Numbered from the stretch's first letter, positions 9,657 through 19,876 are shown. The stretch is DNA of 64,000 nt from Longimicrobiales bacterium (GCA_963664435.2 CAXXKM010000001.1:608001-672000), one strand, 5' to 3'. Numbers and translations: made by a program. The notes: generated from the letters alone by a model not told the origin.

Positions 9657-10817
9657 CTAGGCCAGGTCCGCGGGAACTATGGTGTTGTCGCTGTCGACGA
9701 TAAGCTCGTCGTCGAGGTACATCCTCTTGTTCCGGCAGCAGATGTCGATGTGCACGGGGGTGTAGTTGAGCCCGCCCAGGCCCGCATAGCGATCACCCGA
9801 ATCGAACATGTTGCGGCCGATGGAAACCATGACGCTCCCGTACATGCTCTCGGAGTCCATGCCCATGACGTGCCACTGCGCCCTGTGCTCGGTACCCCAG
9901 CCCGCGTGCGCGATACGGAACGGATCGGCCAGGTGGCCGTCGGGATCTACGTAGTCCTCGAACAACTCCAGGCGCTCGCGGATCATGTCGGCGTCGTAAC
10001 CGCCTTCGATGCGCACGAGACGACCCGCTTCCATGGTGATGCGGACTTCGTCCAGGCAGCGGTGCTGCAGCCCGAGGATGACGTCCCCGGGCCTGACGAC
10101 GTAGACGCCTTCCGACTGGTCCTCATGGGGCCCGCAGGCCACCAGACCCGAGGGCCAGTGGTCCCACCGCCCGCGGTCTGCCGAGACGCCGACCTGGCCA
10201 TGACCCTTGCGTCCCGCCTTCTGCAGGGTGAAATCGCTTCCGAATTCGTCGGTCACGCGAATCTCGCTCGCGTTCCACATGCGTTCGGCGCCGGCGTAGG
10301 TCCGGTCGATGACCGCTTGGTCGGGAAACATCCGGCGAAGTGTCTCGACGCTCTGGCCGACCATGAGCGTACGCGTGCCCGCGGCGAGGGCGGCGTTGTG
10401 CGCGTCCGTATACAGGGGGATCTGCCCGTAGACGAGATCGGCCGCCTTGAACGTCTCCTCCAGCAGGTCCGCCGGGGCGATGTCACGGTCGGTGCTCGTT
10501 TGGGCGCTGGACGCGGTGGTCGCCACCAGCGAGAAGGCGTTCGCGCCCAGGCCCTTGGCCGCAGCCAGGGACGCTTCGACGTATTCGGGGTGCTCGAAGC
10601 CCGGAGTCGAGTAGAAGAGGAAGGTCTCTCCTTCCTGCACTGCATTGAGCCTCATGTGGGCCGTGAAGAGGTCGACCAGGTCGGCCGCCTGATCCATGGT
10701 CCGGTCCGTGTCCACCTCCTTAATGCGCACGTTGTCGTTCGCGAGCAAGGCGGTGGGAAGCGCGGTCGCGGCCACAGCCTGGACCGACATTCCTTTGCAG
10801 AAGTCTCTTCGCTTCAT
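9657..10817 (-). CDS. Tat-exported NicX-like protein
   Basis: MKRRDFCK Tat signal; GRWDHWPSG, RIEGG, AHAGWG, MGMDS and HIDI closely follow P. putida NicX motifs as recalled. Confidence 0.75.
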   Translation of the reverse strand: MKRRDFCKGMSVQAVAATALPTALLANDNVRIKEVDTDRTMDQAADLVDLFTAHMRLNAVQEGETFLFYSTPGFEHPEYVEASLAAAKGLGANAFSLVATTASSAQTSTDRDIAPADLLEETFKAADLVYGQIPLYTDAHNAALAAGTRTLMVGQSVETLRRMFPDQAVIDRTYAGAERMWNASEIRVTDEFGSDFTLQKAGRKGHGQVGVSADRGRWDHWPSGLVACGPHEDQSEGVYVVRPGDVILGLQHRCLDEVRITMEAGRLVRIEGGYDADMIRERLELFEDYVDPDGHLADPFRIAHAGWGTEHRAQWHVMGMDSESMYGSVMVSIGRNMFDSGDRYAGLGGLNYTPVHIDICCRNKRMYLDDELIVDSDNTIVPADLA

Positions 10818-10933
10818 GTCTTGTTCTCCCTTATGCGGGTCTTTGTGCCTGTGCCGTCACAGGCTCTCGATTAATCCAGTGTGTCTATCGGTCTTCCCGT
10901 TTTCCGGTCGGGGGGTTAACGCGCGCTCCCGGT

Positions 10934-12283
10934 TCATCCTCCGGAGTACTGCAGGCCCGGGATGTTGTCGATTTCGCGTTGCGGCAGCGCCCGGCACGTC
11001 TGACTCCCCACCGGCACTCCCTGGGGCACCTCGTCGTGGAACAGGTTGAGGTTGTACTTCTCGAGGTAAAGACGCGTGTCGCCCATTAGCGTCCCCTCCA
11101 GATACAGGCTCCTCCGGCGCTCGTCGATCAGCTTGTCGCGGATCTCATTGGGACCCATGTCCATCGGCGTCCACTGAACCTCGAGGCCGCGGTGCGCCCG
11201 CAGGTCATTGATGATCTCCACAGCGCGGTCGTCATGCATCATGGAGAGTTCCGCCTCCGCAATGATGTACTGCATCTCAACACCGGAGGTGATGATGAGA
11301 GGAGTTGATCCCGATGGCACCTTCATTGGTGCGTACACGTCGAAGAAGTCACCCCGCGGAGGAACTGGGTTGTGCACGGTTGCGGTTCGCGGATCGGGCA
11401 TATCGGTATCGTCGACGGTGAGATCGAGGAATGCGGGTGAGACCGAGTGTTCGCCGAATCCCCAGGTCCTGAACCATATGCGGTTGGTCTGCTCGAACGT
11501 ATTGGTGGAATAGGTTGCATGGAATTCGAAGTCCACGGGCACCTGTTCCGCGTACTGCACAGCCTGGGCGTCGTTACCCAGAAGCCTGTTCACCCGCGCA
11601 AGGCCGGCGATGGCCGCGAGGCGAATCTCCTCCTCCGCTCCCGAAGCTCCCATCGCGGCCTGGAACTGCTCCACCGCCATCTCGTATCCTCTACGCGAAG
11701 AATGGACCGGCCCTTCTCCATAGAGCACGAATTCACAGTAGAAGTTGGCCAGCCATACGAGTTCGAACCCGTTGTAAACCGATACGCGCGCGTATTCCGC
11801 CGAACTCGACGGATTGGAAATCGACTCGAATTCCCCGGCCAGGATGCGCTCTTGGGCGTTGTGCGACGAGGCGATCGCCTGTTGAAGGAATGCATAGTAG
11901 GCAACGCCGGGACCACGCCGGTCCCGTCCGCCACCCGTGAGTCCGCCGGCCTGGCCTCCGCCCCGGTTGATCTGCCGCAGTGATTGCGTGTAGCGAAGCA
12001 GCCCGAGAGCGACCATTCCGCCTGAGAACATGTTGGTCTCGTACATCCACACGTCGTAAGCGAAGTTGAGGTCCACCAGAGCGCCCACCATTGTCTCCGA
12101 CAACTGCGCCGGGTTGAGGCTGGCATCCACGTAATGCGGATCGGGCGCGACTTCGAGCAGACCCTCGCACGCTGGCGTCACCGTGATGGCGGCCGCCATG
12201 GCGAGGAATCGAACGCCGAGTCCCACCTTCTTCCGCCGGACTTTTCCGTCATCGAGATAATTGTTCATAGCCTGGCTCTCCAT
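10934..12283 (-). CDS. SusD/RagB-like outer-membrane lipoprotein
   Basis: Lipobox-like TPAC; EMQYIIAEA, INDLRA, ERRRSLYLEG, LPQREIDN; directly downstream of the SusC-like gene. Confidence 0.8.
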   Translation of the reverse strand: MESQAMNNYLDDGKVRRKKVGLGVRFLAMAAAITVTPACEGLLEVAPDPHYVDASLNPAQLSETMVGALVDLNFAYDVWMYETNMFSGGMVALGLLRYTQSLRQINRGGGQAGGLTGGGRDRRGPGVAYYAFLQQAIASSHNAQERILAGEFESISNPSSSAEYARVSVYNGFELVWLANFYCEFVLYGEGPVHSSRRGYEMAVEQFQAAMGASGAEEEIRLAAIAGLARVNRLLGNDAQAVQYAEQVPVDFEFHATYSTNTFEQTNRIWFRTWGFGEHSVSPAFLDLTVDDTDMPDPRTATVHNPVPPRGDFFDVYAPMKVPSGSTPLIITSGVEMQYIIAEAELSMMHDDRAVEIINDLRAHRGLEVQWTPMDMGPNEIRDKLIDERRRSLYLEGTLMGDTRLYLEKYNLNLFHDEVPQGVPVGSQTCRALPQREIDNIPGLQYSGG

Positions 12284-12347
12284 ATTTCCAATTCTCCTGG
12301 ATTCACGTCTTCAACGGGGCATCTCATCTTCCCTTGCCTGATTGCCC

Positions 12348-15300
12348 TCAGAAAGCCAATTGAACGCGAGCGAGCCAGCGCCTTACCTGGCCCTCGCCGT
12401 AGAATTCCTCGTTGGCGGGATATGCGGTCCTCCCTCCTGGTGTAATCGTCTCCGGGTCCAGCCCTGTGTAGTTGGTCCAGGTCAACAGGTTCCTGCCGCC
12501 GATCGCGATGGTCGCGGAGGAGGCACTCAGGAATTCTAGGTACCCGGGAGGCACGTCGAAGGACAGCGTCAACTCCCGCCAGCGGATGAAGCTTCCGTCC
12601 TCGACGAAAACGAATGTCCGCCAGCGGCCTCCGTCTACCAGCGATCTCTCCATCCCCGCCTGCTGTGCGGGCGTCATCCTGGACTCGCGGAAAGCGTAGT
12701 GCCAGGTCGCCGCATGGTCGCGGCCGAAGCTCACATGGAAGTTGTCGGAGCTGTTGTTCTTCTTGACATCGCCCTTGCGGTCGATAAGCGACGAGAGCCT
12801 GAGCCGGCCCCCGAAGAAGGAGAGCGTAGTTGAGAGGTTCTCGAAGTCGCCCGCCTGAGGGCTGCCCAAGAATGAGTCGTCGCCATTCAGGTCGCCGGGC
12901 TTCACCACGATGCTCCCGTCCACGATCTGGCCCGACGCGTCACGCTGTGCGCTCTCGATGACGGGCCCATAGTAGGCCCCCGGGGGGAATCCCTCGATGA
13001 AAGCGCCCCGATTCGATCCCAGGAAGAGCGGAGGCGTGTCGCCGAGATCCGTTACGATGGGGTCCTGCGTGGAAAGCCTGAAGTCCACATCCCAGGAGAA
13101 ATCGGGGGTGTTGACCAGCTCGGCCCCCACCGACAACTCGAAGCCCTTGTTCGTCAGTTCGCCGACGTTGACCCACTGCTCACCCCGGAATCCCAGGGAG
13201 GGCGACAGGAAGCGTGTGACGATGGCGTCGGTCGTCCTCTGCTGGAAGTACGTGAGTTTCACCGCTAGTCGGTCCTCCAGGAGGCCTACGTCGACCCCGA
13301 CCTCCATCTCAGACTTCCTCTCGGCGCTCAGTTCCGGATTGCCCGGATAGGCCGCGGAGATGCCGGCCACCTGGTTGCCACCCACTTCCAGGCTCACCGG
13401 AAGCAGCCTCTGAATCGCCGCCGAAGGGGGCGGAGCCTGCGCGGCCGTGCCCCAAGCGAAGCGGAGACGCATGCTGTTGACGGTTTCGTAGTTCCAGAAG
13501 GGCATGTCACTGAGCACCGCGGAGGCGTTGAAGCTGGGAGACCAGATTCCGCCCCGCTCCACGCCGAAGGCACTGTTGTCGTCGAATCGGATTCCGCCGG
13601 TCGCGTACAGATAGTCCCGATAGCCGAAGCGCTGCTGTGCATAGGCGCCCGCCTCGACTCGTTCGATCAGGTTGGAGAAGCCGGTTCTGATCAGCGCCGC
13701 GTCGCAGGCCGTGGCCGTGGGGCTGGCGAAGCCGCCCTCCCCAATGCAGGCCACCAACTCCGTGCGCTGCCCGAAGTACTGCGCACCGACCGTGGTCGTC
13801 GTAGCGAGATCGGGCATCAGGTCCGCAGTCACCGTCGCAGTGTACTCGAGGGTCCTGTTGACGTCGGTGGTGCGCTGATCGCGCAGGTATCCGGCCGAGA
13901 GCACGCCGAAGGGACGACCTTCGTCCAGGGGGAACTCGTTGATGTCCTTCATCTGGGAATGGTCGATACCGGCGATGGCTCGGTTCGTCAGCCAGGACAA
14001 CGGGCTCCAGCGGATCGTCGCGCTTCCTACGAACCGCCCCGTCTGCTGGCCGCCGAACACCGTGTTCAGGTTGTCGAAGTTTGAGACCAGGTTCCCCTGG
14101 CGAAGTTCACAGGTGGACGGGTTGGCTCCGTTCACGAGCGTGCCCAGGCAATCACCGCGGCTGCCGTCCGACCGAACCCCGAAGGAGTTGATGGGCGCTC
14201 CGGCACCTGCGTTCGTGGAGTAGCCGCGGAAGCTGCGCGAGGATTCGGGGAACTGAACGTCCGACTCCAGATAGTTCGTGTTGACCGAAACCTCGAAGGC
14301 CTCGCTCGTCCTCGCGGTAATGTTTGCACGCAGGGAACCCTGCTGGAGGTTATTCGTGGGATAAGGTCCGTCGGCACTGTTCCAGCGGCCGGAGACGAAG
14401 TACTGGATGTCCTGTCCGCCTCCGCTGACGCTCAGCGTCGTGTTCGCGAAGGGTCCCCTGCGGAGCGGACTGGTCAGCGGGTTGGTCATGGAGTTGTTGA
14501 AGCCCCAGACATCCCCGGTCACGTCGTTGGTGATCGCATTCCACTGCTGCGCCACCGGGTCGCTGGCGCTTGTGATGCCCATGTGCTTGGTGAAGTTGTA
14601 CCACTTGTCCCAATACGAGGCGATGTCCTCGACGAAGCCGAATTCCGAGTTGATGGACACGCGGTGGTTGTCCGTTTCGCCCCTTCGGGTCTCGATCAGG
14701 ATCACCCCCGAAGCCGCGCCGGCTCCATACAGAGCCGTTGCCGTGGGCCCCTTAATGACCTGCACGCTGGCGATGTCGGCGGGGTTCAGATCGTCGAGAC
14801 GGGACACCGTCCGGCCTTCCGTCCAGTCGATGGACTCCGGGCCGAGGTCGGTCTGGTTGTTTGTCCGTATGCCGTCGATGATGATGATCGGATTCGCTCC
14901 CTGGGTGAGGCTGGTCACGCCTCTTACGCGGATCCGGGACGCGGTTCCTACGGGACCCGAGCCCATCTGCACATCGACTCCGGCGGCCCGGCCGCTCAGG
15001 AGGTCCGACACGCTGGCGACGGCGGCTCTTTCGACTTCCGCGGCTGCATCGAATCGTTCGATGTCGGTGCCGAACTCCATGCGTCTGGCCGCCACGGCAT
15101 CCACCGAAACGACAATTTCCTCCAGATCGATCGCCACCGAGGCCATCGCGAAGTCTGCGGTCGTCGCCTGGTCGGCGGTGACGGTGATGGACTGTTCGAT
15201 CGCGGAGTATCCGATCTGCTCCGCCCGCAGGACATGCTCTCCCAAGGGCAGGTTCAACAGAAAGCGGCCGTCCTGATTGGTGACGGTTCCGAGCTGACTT

Positions 15301-15473
15301 TCCGGAACGTAGACCTGCACTCCAACCAGGGGCCGCTGCGTGTCCTCATCCGTCACCACGCCGGTCACGATGCCCTGTGCCTGCATGGCTGTAGCCGATG
15401 CAGGCAACAGAAGAAGACCCGCTGCGACGGCGACCAGAGCCGCCCCTTTTCGGCTCACGGCATATCTCGTCAT
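12348..15473 (-). CDS. SusC/RagA-family TonB-dependent receptor
   Basis: Start at ATG 15473 (GGAGG RBS); CarboxypepD_reg-like N-terminus; IRVRG, LNPADI..KGPTATALYG..ASGVILIET; GNPEL; NLLTWTNYTGLDPE; terminal Phe. Confidence 0.9.
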   Translation of the reverse strand: MTRYAVSRKGAALVAVAAGLLLLPASATAMQAQGIVTGVVTDEDTQRPLVGVQVYVPESQLGTVTNQDGRFLLNLPLGEHVLRAEQIGYSAIEQSITVTADQATTADFAMASVAIDLEEIVVSVDAVAARRMEFGTDIERFDAAAEVERAAVASVSDLLSGRAAGVDVQMGSGPVGTASRIRVRGVTSLTQGANPIIIIDGIRTNNQTDLGPESIDWTEGRTVSRLDDLNPADIASVQVIKGPTATALYGAGAASGVILIETRRGETDNHRVSINSEFGFVEDIASYWDKWYNFTKHMGITSASDPVAQQWNAITNDVTGDVWGFNNSMTNPLTSPLRRGPFANTTLSVSGGGQDIQYFVSGRWNSADGPYPTNNLQQGSLRANITARTSEAFEVSVNTNYLESDVQFPESSRSFRGYSTNAGAGAPINSFGVRSDGSRGDCLGTLVNGANPSTCELRQGNLVSNFDNLNTVFGGQQTGRFVGSATIRWSPLSWLTNRAIAGIDHSQMKDINEFPLDEGRPFGVLSAGYLRDQRTTDVNRTLEYTATVTADLMPDLATTTTVGAQYFGQRTELVACIGEGGFASPTATACDAALIRTGFSNLIERVEAGAYAQQRFGYRDYLYATGGIRFDDNSAFGVERGGIWSPSFNASAVLSDMPFWNYETVNSMRLRFAWGTAAQAPPPSAAIQRLLPVSLEVGGNQVAGISAAYPGNPELSAERKSEMEVGVDVGLLEDRLAVKLTYFQQRTTDAIVTRFLSPSLGFRGEQWVNVGELTNKGFELSVGAELVNTPDFSWDVDFRLSTQDPIVTDLGDTPPLFLGSNRGAFIEGFPPGAYYGPVIESAQRDASGQIVDGSIVVKPGDLNGDDSFLGSPQAGDFENLSTTLSFFGGRLRLSSLIDRKGDVKKNNSSDNFHVSFGRDHAATWHYAFRESRMTPAQQAGMERSLVDGGRWRTFVFVEDGSFIRWRELTLSFDVPPGYLEFLSASSATIAIGGRNLLTWTNYTGLDPETITPGGRTAYPANEEFYGEGQVRRWLARVQLAF

Positions 15474-15507
15474 ACCAACCTCCGTTGTACGGGTGGATCG
15501 GGAAACT

Positions 15508-15929
15508 CTACCTACAGAAGACCGCTTCGAAGCCCGGACCAAGTCCTCCGCCTCGACGGGTTGTTACGAGGATGATTCCGCCGAAATGCCCGAGCCGTAG
15601 CGAAGGTTGCTTTCCTGGGTACTCAGGAATTCAATCTCGCCGACGTCCGAGGCGGCGATGGAGCGCAGAAAATCCAGCTCCCCGACATCAACCCCATCCA
15701 TGTACACCCTGGGGTATGCGGGACGCGGATCGCTCACTGAGATCGGACCGCGGGAAATCAGCCAGCCTCGGCGAAGTTGGCGTACGAGGTCATGGGCGTT
15801 GGTGGCGGAGGCGGAAGCGATCTCCGAGGATTGGATGGTGCCCGTACGCCTAGCGCTGCTGCCCGTCTGACGACCGGCACAGGACAACAAACCTGCCAGA
15901 ACCACAAGAACCACCACGCCTCGGAGCAT
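15508..15929 (-). CDS. Small lipoprotein with a stand-alone TonB plug-like domain, apparent frameshift near 15590
   Basis: Lipobox LLSC; VYMDG, DVGEIEFL, RYG. The plug-type ending HFGGIILVTTRRG lies in another frame and ends at TAG 15510-15508. Confidence 0.65.
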
Positions 15930-15939
15930 GGACGGACCC

Positions 15940-16262
15940 CCCTTGGTGGCCGACCTACCTCCAGCCCGCGTACTTCCCCGGCGTGCAGCACCTCCAGCGC
16001 CGCAACCTCAGCGTCCGGAGCCCTGCGGTGCGCGCCTGCCGACGAGCTCCCGTCCCGAAGACCCTCCCGTCCCTGCGCCTCGTACCGGATCACCCCGCGC
16101 CGGACCGTGCGTTCGCTCATCCCCAGCACCCCGCCCGCCTCTACCTGCGTTACCCGGTTTCGACCGCCATCGAAAAGCTCGCAAACCTCAGAATACGCAC
16201 TTCGAGCAGCACGTCCATCCGGTTCATACAGCCTCGCCGTCGGCCGCCCCAAAACCGGACAA
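15940..16262 (-). mobile_element. Degenerate ISNCY (IS1202-like) transposase 5' remnant
   Basis: ATG 16227 gives MNRMDVLLEVRILRF; after a frameshift, VTQVEAGGVLGMSERTVRR..RYEAQGREGL..RRAPDAEV (HTH). A TGTCCGGTTTT end-type motif lies at 16251-16261. No DDE domain. Confidence 0.7.
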
Positions 16263-16297
16263 TGGAAATACGAGGAGTGTGGTCCGGTCCAAGACGG

Positions 16298-18589
16298 TCA
16301 AAACGACCAGAGTCTGGTGAGCTTGACCGTGAACCGGCGGTCGAGAACGCCGCCTGTGGCTGTGTTGCGCCGTTCCGTGTAGACGAGAAACAGATCGCTC
16401 AATGGAGCATGGATGTAGTCCAGGCGGACGTTCGTGATGAGTTCGTCGGTAACCCCGTTGTACTGGATGAAGCCGCTTCCGAAGAGCTCGGTCGAGTAAG
16501 CGTACTCCACACGGCCTCGATAGATCTTCGCCGAGAAGGGCCCATCTCCAAGATCGATGCGGTTATCCTGCGCACCTGCGTCCAGCGTGACGTGGTGATT
16601 CGCCTTCCACTGTGCTCCGAGTCGAAGAGAGCGGCGCGTTCCTCCGAAGTACCCGCCCTCGCTGAACCCCAGCATCGCCGAAAAGACGCGCCCGGTACTC
16701 GTCTGCAGATCGAGGACGCGCTCCCCGAAGCTGTAGGCGCCATCCGGCACGATCCTGTCGCCGAGGAGGCGGAAGGGTTCGAACAGCCTTTCGAAGCGAT
16801 CGTTGTACTGCAGCGTCAGGCGGCTCCCGTCCGAGAGTGTTGTGATGAATCCGGCGGTGCCGGTCCGGGTTTCCAGCACGGAAGCCAGGTTGGTGATGTA
16901 GTGCATTTCCAGGAAGGGGTTGAGCTCGTTCAGAAGTGATTCGGCCCGCCGATGATGGACGCCGACGGTGGCGTAGCCGTGGCGGACGGCTTCCCGGCGC
17001 ACGTATCCCATCTCAGGCCTGAAGGCGTCTCCGATCTCACGGAACATCAACGACGTGTTCAGGAACTGGTCGCGCCAGGCGATGGAGACACGGGCCGCCC
17101 GGTTGTTTCCTCGCTCTCCGTCATCGATGGTCCCCGCGAGGTACGACTGCACGATCATCCTGTCCCAGAAGCGTGCATAGAGATCCGCTCCGAGGCTTCG
17201 ACTGTATCCGCCCCCCCGGCTCTCCTCCGTGATGTTCCGATTCAGGAACATGCCCCCGATCTGGAAATTGCCGAACACCGTTCGCCGGAGGCGCAACGCG
17301 GTGAAGTTCTCGGCAGCTACATCCTCGATGCCCCTCGTCTGCATGTTGAGGAATCCGACTCCCCAGTCCCCGACTCTTCCGGTCAGCCGGCCTCCCCCGA
17401 GCACCGGAACAGGACGTCCGCCTTCAAGTCCGATTCGGCGCGAGTGGAACAGCTTGAAGTCCTCGAGCCCGGCTCCCAGTCGATATCCTCTCTCGGGCAG
17501 GTCGCCGAAGTCGAACAGCCCTGCGTTCTCGACGAAGAAGTCCCTCTTCTCCGGAAAGAAGAGCGAAAAACGAGTCAGATTCACCTGTTCGTCGTCCACT
17601 TCGACTTGTGAGAAGTCGGTCCGGTAGGTCAGGTCCAGGGCCAAGCCCTGGCTGAGGGCATACTTGACGTCCAAACCGGCATCGAAATCCGTGGCGTCGC
17701 CCTCGACGGCGGCTTCTCCCGATGATCTCGCGGTAAGCGCAAACGGCTTTACCAGGAGGTTCAGGCCTCCGCTCATGGCCGGAAGGCCCTCGAGCGTGCC
17801 CGCTTCGGACATGCGGTTCAGGCTGTAACGCCGGTCGATGGGCGCCCAGAAGCTGTCCTCACCCTTGTGGCGCAGGCGACGGACGAAATTCAGGCCCCAG
17901 GGCCGGTCAGGCTGGTTCGGGTCGAAGCGGAGAGTACTGAAGGGAACAGCGAGTTCAGCCGTCCATCCCTCTTCGTGGACGCGCACTGCCCGGTCCGCGA
18001 TTCCGTCCCACGCAAAGTTGATGTCGCGGCCGTTGTCGAAGGTCTGGAGGTCGACCATCGCTCCGCCGGCATTGACGCCGAACATGAAGGCGTTGCTCCG
18101 GTCCAGGTACGTATCGAAAGCGATTCCCAGAATGTCGCCTTCGCCGGAAGGGAAATCCCTCTTGAGGGAATGAAGCGTGATGTCGCCGGGATCCTGATAG
18201 TACAAGGTCGCCCCGACGTAAAGCGTTTCGTCGTCATACAGGACGCGGATCTCGGTGTGCTCGCTAGAGGGGTATCCCGCGTTCGGCTTGGACTGCACGA
18301 ACCCCGTAATGATCTCTGCCTCGGTCCAGCTTGGCTCGTTCAGAAACCCGTCCACGGAGATTGGGCCCGAGGCGCGCCGTGCGAGGACGCTGGGCCGTGG
18401 TAACGATTCAGGATCGACGCCGATCTGCGCGGGCACGCTGTCGGGTGGTGGGGCGTCTTGAGATAGCGCCGTCGCGGGTTCTGAAAGTGCCAGCGCGAAC
18501 AGCACGATGGCCCAGGAACGTAGGCCTCCGGGTCCCTTGGAGGGACTCCTCCGTAGTGCCGGGGCCAAACAGCTTGACAACGCATCCAT
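16298..18589 (-). CDS. CBM9-like / DUF5916 outer-membrane protein
   Basis: VDGFLNEPSW, YDDETLY, WTAELAVPF, DFSQVEVD, EKRDFFVE, FHSRRIG; terminal Phe. Start uncertain. Confidence 0.85.
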   Translation of the reverse strand: MDALSSCLAPALRRSPSKGPGGLRSWAIVLFALALSEPATALSQDAPPPDSVPAQIGVDPESLPRPSVLARRASGPISVDGFLNEPSWTEAEIITGFVQSKPNAGYPSSEHTEIRVLYDDETLYVGATLYYQDPGDITLHSLKRDFPSGEGDILGIAFDTYLDRSNAFMFGVNAGGAMVDLQTFDNGRDINFAWDGIADRAVRVHEEGWTAELAVPFSTLRFDPNQPDRPWGLNFVRRLRHKGEDSFWAPIDRRYSLNRMSEAGTLEGLPAMSGGLNLLVKPFALTARSSGEAAVEGDATDFDAGLDVKYALSQGLALDLTYRTDFSQVEVDDEQVNLTRFSLFFPEKRDFFVENAGLFDFGDLPERGYRLGAGLEDFKLFHSRRIGLEGGRPVPVLGGGRLTGRVGDWGVGFLNMQTRGIEDVAAENFTALRLRRTVFGNFQIGGMFLNRNITEESRGGGYSRSLGADLYARFWDRMIVQSYLAGTIDDGERGNNRAARVSIAWRDQFLNTSLMFREIGDAFRPEMGYVRREAVRHGYATVGVHHRRAESLLNELNPFLEMHYITNLASVLETRTGTAGFITTLSDGSRLTLQYNDRFERLFEPFRLLGDRIVPDGAYSFGERVLDLQTSTGRVFSAMLGFSEGGYFGGTRRSLRLGAQWKANHHVTLDAGAQDNRIDLGDGPFSAKIYRGRVEYAYSTELFGSGFIQYNGVTDELITNVRLDYIHAPLSDLFLVYTERRNTATGGVLDRRFTVKLTRLWSF

Positions 18590-18772
18590 GGAGTACAACG
18601 TATCGCGTGTGCACGCGCGCCGGACAGCCTGTTCCGAGCGGTCCCGGGCCACCCCTTGCGGCGACCACCCCTACCCTGTTACCGAATAGACACCGAATCT
18701 CAAACTCCGACGTCACCGGGAGCCTGGCGCAAGTGTCGGGCCTCCCGGGACGCTGGCGGACCAGCCATCCCC

Positions 18773-19837
18773 ATGCGACTGCCTGTTCGAGGCCGCGGAG
18801 CCTCGCGCGATCCGCCCAATCGCTTCGAGCGGCTTCACCTGGAGCCGGAAGCGGAGCTCGGCGCCGGGGATGAGCCGGCTCCCGCGACCCGGTTCTTCAT
18901 CGACCGGTCCCGGAGCGTCATCTCGCGCAACTCGAGTCCGGACCTGGGCTTTTCGGTCAGCCTCAACCCCTACCGCGGCTGCGAGCACGGCTGCAGCTAC
19001 TGCTACGCGAGACCGACACACGAATACCTGGGGTTCTCGGCGGGGCTCGACTTCGAGAGCCGGATCATGGTCAAGCCCGATGCCGCCGACCTGTTGAAGA
19101 AGGCGCTGGCCGGACGCGCCTGGCAGCCCCAGGTGCTCGCGCTCAGCGGCGTGACCGATCCCTACCAGCCGGTGGAGCGCCGGCTGAGGGTCACGCGCGC
19201 CTGCCTGGAGGTGCTGCTCGAGTGCCGGCATCCCGTGTCGATCGTCACGAAGAACCACCTGGTGGCGAGGGACATCGACATCCTGTCGCGCATGGCGGAG
19301 CATCGAACGGTGATGGTTACCCTTTCGATCACGACGCTGCGGAACGATCTCCGCCGGGTGATGGAGCCGAGAACCTCGATTCCCGCCCGCCGGCTCGGTG
19401 CTGTGCGGGCGCTGGCGGACGCGGGGATCCCCGTGGGGGTGAACGTGGCGCCGCTGATCCCGGGGCTGAACGACCACGAGCTGCCGCTGATTCTCGAAGC
19501 GGCCCGCGAGGCGGGCGCGTCCCATGCCGGGATGATGCTGCTGCGCCTCCCCCTCGGGGTGAAGGAGCTGTTCGCCGAATGGCTGGAGCAGCACTTCCCC
19601 GATCGGCGCAAGAAGGTGCTCGGGCGCCTGAGAGAGGTGCACGGAGGCAAACTTTACGACCCGCGCTTCGGGCGGCGGGGGCGCGGGAGAGGGCCCTTCG
19701 CCGAGCATCTGGGAAACCTGTTCCGCGTCAGCTGCCGAAGGCTCGGGCTGAAGCGGCGATCGTACGACCTCGCGACCGAAGCCTTCCGCAGGCCCGAGCG
19801 AGGCGGGCAGATGCGGCTGTTCGACGCGCGCGGCTGA
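18773..19837 (+). CDS. PA0069-family radical SAM protein (SplB-like)
   Basis: GRGA..PPNRF, NPYRGCEHGCSYCYARPTHEYLG, TDPYQP, IPGLND. Confidence 0.92.
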   Translation: MRLPVRGRGASRDPPNRFERLHLEPEAELGAGDEPAPATRFFIDRSRSVISRNSSPDLGFSVSLNPYRGCEHGCSYCYARPTHEYLGFSAGLDFESRIMVKPDAADLLKKALAGRAWQPQVLALSGVTDPYQPVERRLRVTRACLEVLLECRHPVSIVTKNHLVARDIDILSRMAEHRTVMVTLSITTLRNDLRRVMEPRTSIPARRLGAVRALADAGIPVGVNVAPLIPGLNDHELPLILEAAREAGASHAGMMLLRLPLGVKELFAEWLEQHFPDRRKKVLGRLREVHGGKLYDPRFGRRGRGRGPFAEHLGNLFRVSCRRLGLKRRSYDLATEAFRRPERGGQMRLFDARG

Positions 19838-19876
19838 GCGGAAACCGACCGGCTGCCGCCTGCGGCCCGGGCGCCC

